From Clostridia bacterium (lineage in GTDB: Bacteria > Bacillota > Clostridia > Oscillospirales > CAG-382): a DNA stretch of 64,000 nucleotides. Both the position numbers and the translations under genes were made by a program. Below are positions 61,859-64,000 of the stretch, in pieces. Location: positions 817 to 64,816 of the forward strand of contig JAFQKR010000001.1 of NCBI GenBank assembly GCA_017396825.1, given 5' to 3'. Each line of letters starts with the position of its first letter. Position 1 is the stretch's first letter. The notes below the pieces were generated by a model. It saw only the letters and a program-made list of their open reading frames with translations, was not told where the DNA came from and did no database searches.

Positions 61859-63442
61859 ATGAAACTAACCAGAAAAATCACAGGCGTTATCCTTCTCGCG
61901 CTCGCTATGCTTATCAGTATGGCTACAGCAGCCTTCGCTACCGACATCACCATCGAGGGTGGTGTGGAAGGCTCTGAATACGCAGCATACCAGCTCCTCG
62001 GCGCTACCGACGGCGGCGATGGCAAGTATGCCTACACCCTTAACGATAAGTACACCGCGATCCTTCAGTCCGTAACAGGCAAGACCGAGCAGGCGGATAT
62101 TGTTGCTTATATCGAAGCTCTTACCACTGCAGAAGCTATTCAGAACTTTGCTAACAGCGTTTACGAAGCAATCGTTGACGGCGGCATCGTTGCTGATGCA
62201 ACCACCGCTAACGACGTTTTTGCAAACGTTTCTCAGGGCTACTATCTTATAGCTGAAACCAAACTTGGTAACGACCAGGACACCTTCTCTCTCGTTATGC
62301 TTGACACCGCGGGTCAAGAAAACGTTACCGTTAGCACCAAGGAAGGCAAGCCTACCGTAGAAAAGAAGATAGAGGAAAAGAATGACAGCACAGGCGTATC
62401 CTCTTGGGGCGACCACGCTGACTACGACATCGGTGACAGCATCAACTATCGCATCACCGGTACCGTTTCCAGCAAGTACGCTGAATATAAGAGCTACTAC
62501 TACAGCTTTGTTGATACCATGGACGCAGGTCTTACCTACAACGGCGATGCAAAGGTTTACGTAGTAAACGGTGACAGCAAGGTTGAAGTTACCGAGCAGT
62601 TCGTTATCACCGCTGATACTGCGACAAACAGCTTTACCGTAACCTCCAACCTCAAAGAGCTTACGGGCGTTACAGTTAACGCTTCTACCGAAATAGTTGT
62701 TGAATACAGCGCAACCCTTAACGAAAACGCACTTCACGGCACCCCCGGCAACGAAAACAACGTTTACCTTGAATACGAAAACAGCCCTTACCACGAGGCT
62801 GACGGTGACAATAACCCCACCACCCCCAACAAGCCCGGTGAAGACACTCCCGAAGACGACACCGACGGTCCCAGCTCTACCCCTAAGGACGTAAATATAG
62901 TGTTCACCTTCAAGGCTGCCGTTAACAAGACCGACAAGGACGGGGCCGCTCTTGCAGGTGCAGGCTTTACACTTTATAAGGAAATCTACACCCCCGCAAG
63001 CGAAGGCGTTGAAGAAAACTACGCTTGGGTTAAAGTAGGCACCGAGATCACCGGTGTTACCACCTTTAACTTCCTCGGCCTTGACGCAGGTAAGTATAAG
63101 CTTGAAGAAACTACCGTTCCCGCAGGCTACAACAAGTGCAACGATATAGTATTTGAGGTTGTTTCCTCCTATGACAAAACCGTTGACCCTCCTGTGCTTA
63201 CAGGCATTTCTGTTAAGAACAGCGACGGCGAGGTTGTTTCTGATGATGAAGGCGAAGCTTCCTTTGCAGTTGTACTTGCAGAGGGCGCAGTTTCCACCGA
63301 CGTGGTAAACCTTACAGGTTCCGAGCTTCCCGGCACCGGTGGTATCGGTACTACCATATTCTACGTTCTCGGCGGTATCCTTCTCGTTGTTGGCGTAGTT
63401 GCTCTCGTTGCTAAGAAGCGTATGAGCGGTTCTGACAACTAA
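61859..63442 (+). CDS. Backbone (major) pilin, SpaA/isopeptide-domain family
   Basis: Signal peptide (AFA); pilin-lysine region STKEGKPTVEKKI; DTMDAGLTY; E-box YKLEETTVPAGYN; LPGTGGIGT-TM-KKR. Confidence 0.93.
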   Translation: MKLTRKITGVILLALAMLISMATAAFATDITIEGGVEGSEYAAYQLLGATDGGDGKYAYTLNDKYTAILQSVTGKTEQADIVAYIEALTTAEAIQNFANSVYEAIVDGGIVADATTANDVFANVSQGYYLIAETKLGNDQDTFSLVMLDTAGQENVTVSTKEGKPTVEKKIEEKNDSTGVSSWGDHADYDIGDSINYRITGTVSSKYAEYKSYYYSFVDTMDAGLTYNGDAKVYVVNGDSKVEVTEQFVITADTATNSFTVTSNLKELTGVTVNASTEIVVEYSATLNENALHGTPGNENNVYLEYENSPYHEADGDNNPTTPNKPGEDTPEDDTDGPSSTPKDVNIVFTFKAAVNKTDKDGAALAGAGFTLYKEIYTPASEGVEENYAWVKVGTEITGVTTFNFLGLDAGKYKLEETTVPAGYNKCNDIVFEVVSSYDKTVDPPVLTGISVKNSDGEVVSDDEGEASFAVVLAEGAVSTDVVNLTGSELPGTGGIGTTIFYVLGGILLVVGVVALVAKKRMSGSDN

Positions 63443-63479
63443 TAGTATTCCGAAAAATAACGATTAAGCACTAAAACCG

Positions 63480-63513
63480 CTTCTGTATCCCGACATCAGT
63501 CGGGATACAGAAG
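63480..63513 (+). other. 15-bp perfect stem-loop between the pilin and sortase genes
   Basis: CTTCTGTATCCCGAC-ATCA-GTCGGGATACAGAAG, no U-tract, abuts the sortase SD. Confidence 0.8.
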
Positions 63514-63528
63514 TAAGGAGACACCAAG

Positions 63529-64000
63529 ATGAAAAAGCATTTTACAACCTTACTTTTAATAACCGTCGTTCTTCTTGGTGCGTCCTTGCTTCTGTATCCT
63601 ACGGTAAGCGATTATTGGAACTCTCTGCGTCAATCTCGCGCCATAGCAAGCTATGTTGATGATATTAACAACATGGACGAGGAAAAGTATCAAAAAATAC
63701 TGAAGGATGCGGAGGAATATAACAAAAGGTTGGCGGCAACCCCTCACTCGCTTATACTTGATAAGGAGCAAAGGGAAGATTACAACAAACAGCTTGATGT
63801 GTCGGGCAACGGTATAATGGGGTATATAGATATCCCCGATATCTCCTGCCACCTACCCATATATCACGGCGTAGGCGACGACGTTTTGCAGGTTGCCGTG
63901 GGCCACATGGACGGCTCTTCTCTTCCCATAGGCGGCAAAAGTACTCATGCTGTGCTGTCAGGGCATAGGGGGCTTCCCTCTGCCAAGTTGTTTACCGACC
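63529..64000 (+). CDS. srtC: Class C (pilin-specific) sortase, 3'-truncated by the window edge
   Basis: Not in the ORF track; translated manually: LLLYP, GYIDIP, LPIYHG, GHMDGSSLPIGG, HAVLSGHRGLPSAKLFTD. Confidence 0.95.
   Translation, partial: MKKHFTTLLLITVVLLGASLLLYPTVSDYWNSLRQSRAIASYVDDINNMDEEKYQKILKDAEEYNKRLAATPHSLILDKEQREDYNKQLDVSGNGIMGYIDIPDISCHLPIYHGVGDDVLQVAVGHMDGSSLPIGGKSTHAVLSGHRGLPSAKLFTD

Larger units (their letters stand above)
53225..64000. mobile_element. Putative integrative element or genomic island (recombinase, small ORF, pilus locus); far boundary not in the window
   Basis: Serine recombinase at the edge of the housekeeping run, ssp-like junction inside its 3' end, accessory surface-structure genes beyond it. 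Confidence 0.55.

Overview
Chromosomal segment from a spore-forming Clostridia-class bacterium (spoIVA, yabP/yabQ, ylmC, sigE-type promoters). Most genes are on the + strand. From left to right: the 3' part of PFOR (nifJ); a VanY/M15B-like protein; a 12.4-kb seven-gene carbohydrate ABC cluster (giant solute-binding protein, four permeases, NHL/TPR/YIP1 protein, DUF5696-like protein); spoIVA-ylmC; a long, tightly packed housekeeping run (prmC, dprA, topA, plsX, rnc, smc, ftsY, rdgB, cdaA/cdaR, recJ, rel, dtd, hemZ, mazG, hup, yabOPQ, divIC, hpf, groESL, corA); then an accessory island with a large serine recombinase and a sortase-dependent pilus locus that runs off the window. Best lead: the last 12 codons of the recombinase (KKMIQNAENSMK*) read like the C-terminus of an alpha/beta-type small acid-soluble spore protein. 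This suggests an integrative element that splits an ssp gene, may carry the pilus island, and takes its integrase stop codon from the host gene. Other leads are a Pro-Pro leader peptide upstream of corA, a bistable 5' leader on hpf, groESL without a CIRCE element, and catalytically degenerate VanY and CHAP domains. Three single-base lesions (permease TAA, recJ +1, adhesin -1) may be assembly errors. No rRNA, tRNA or CRISPR array was seen. Family names are recognised from motifs, not from database searches.
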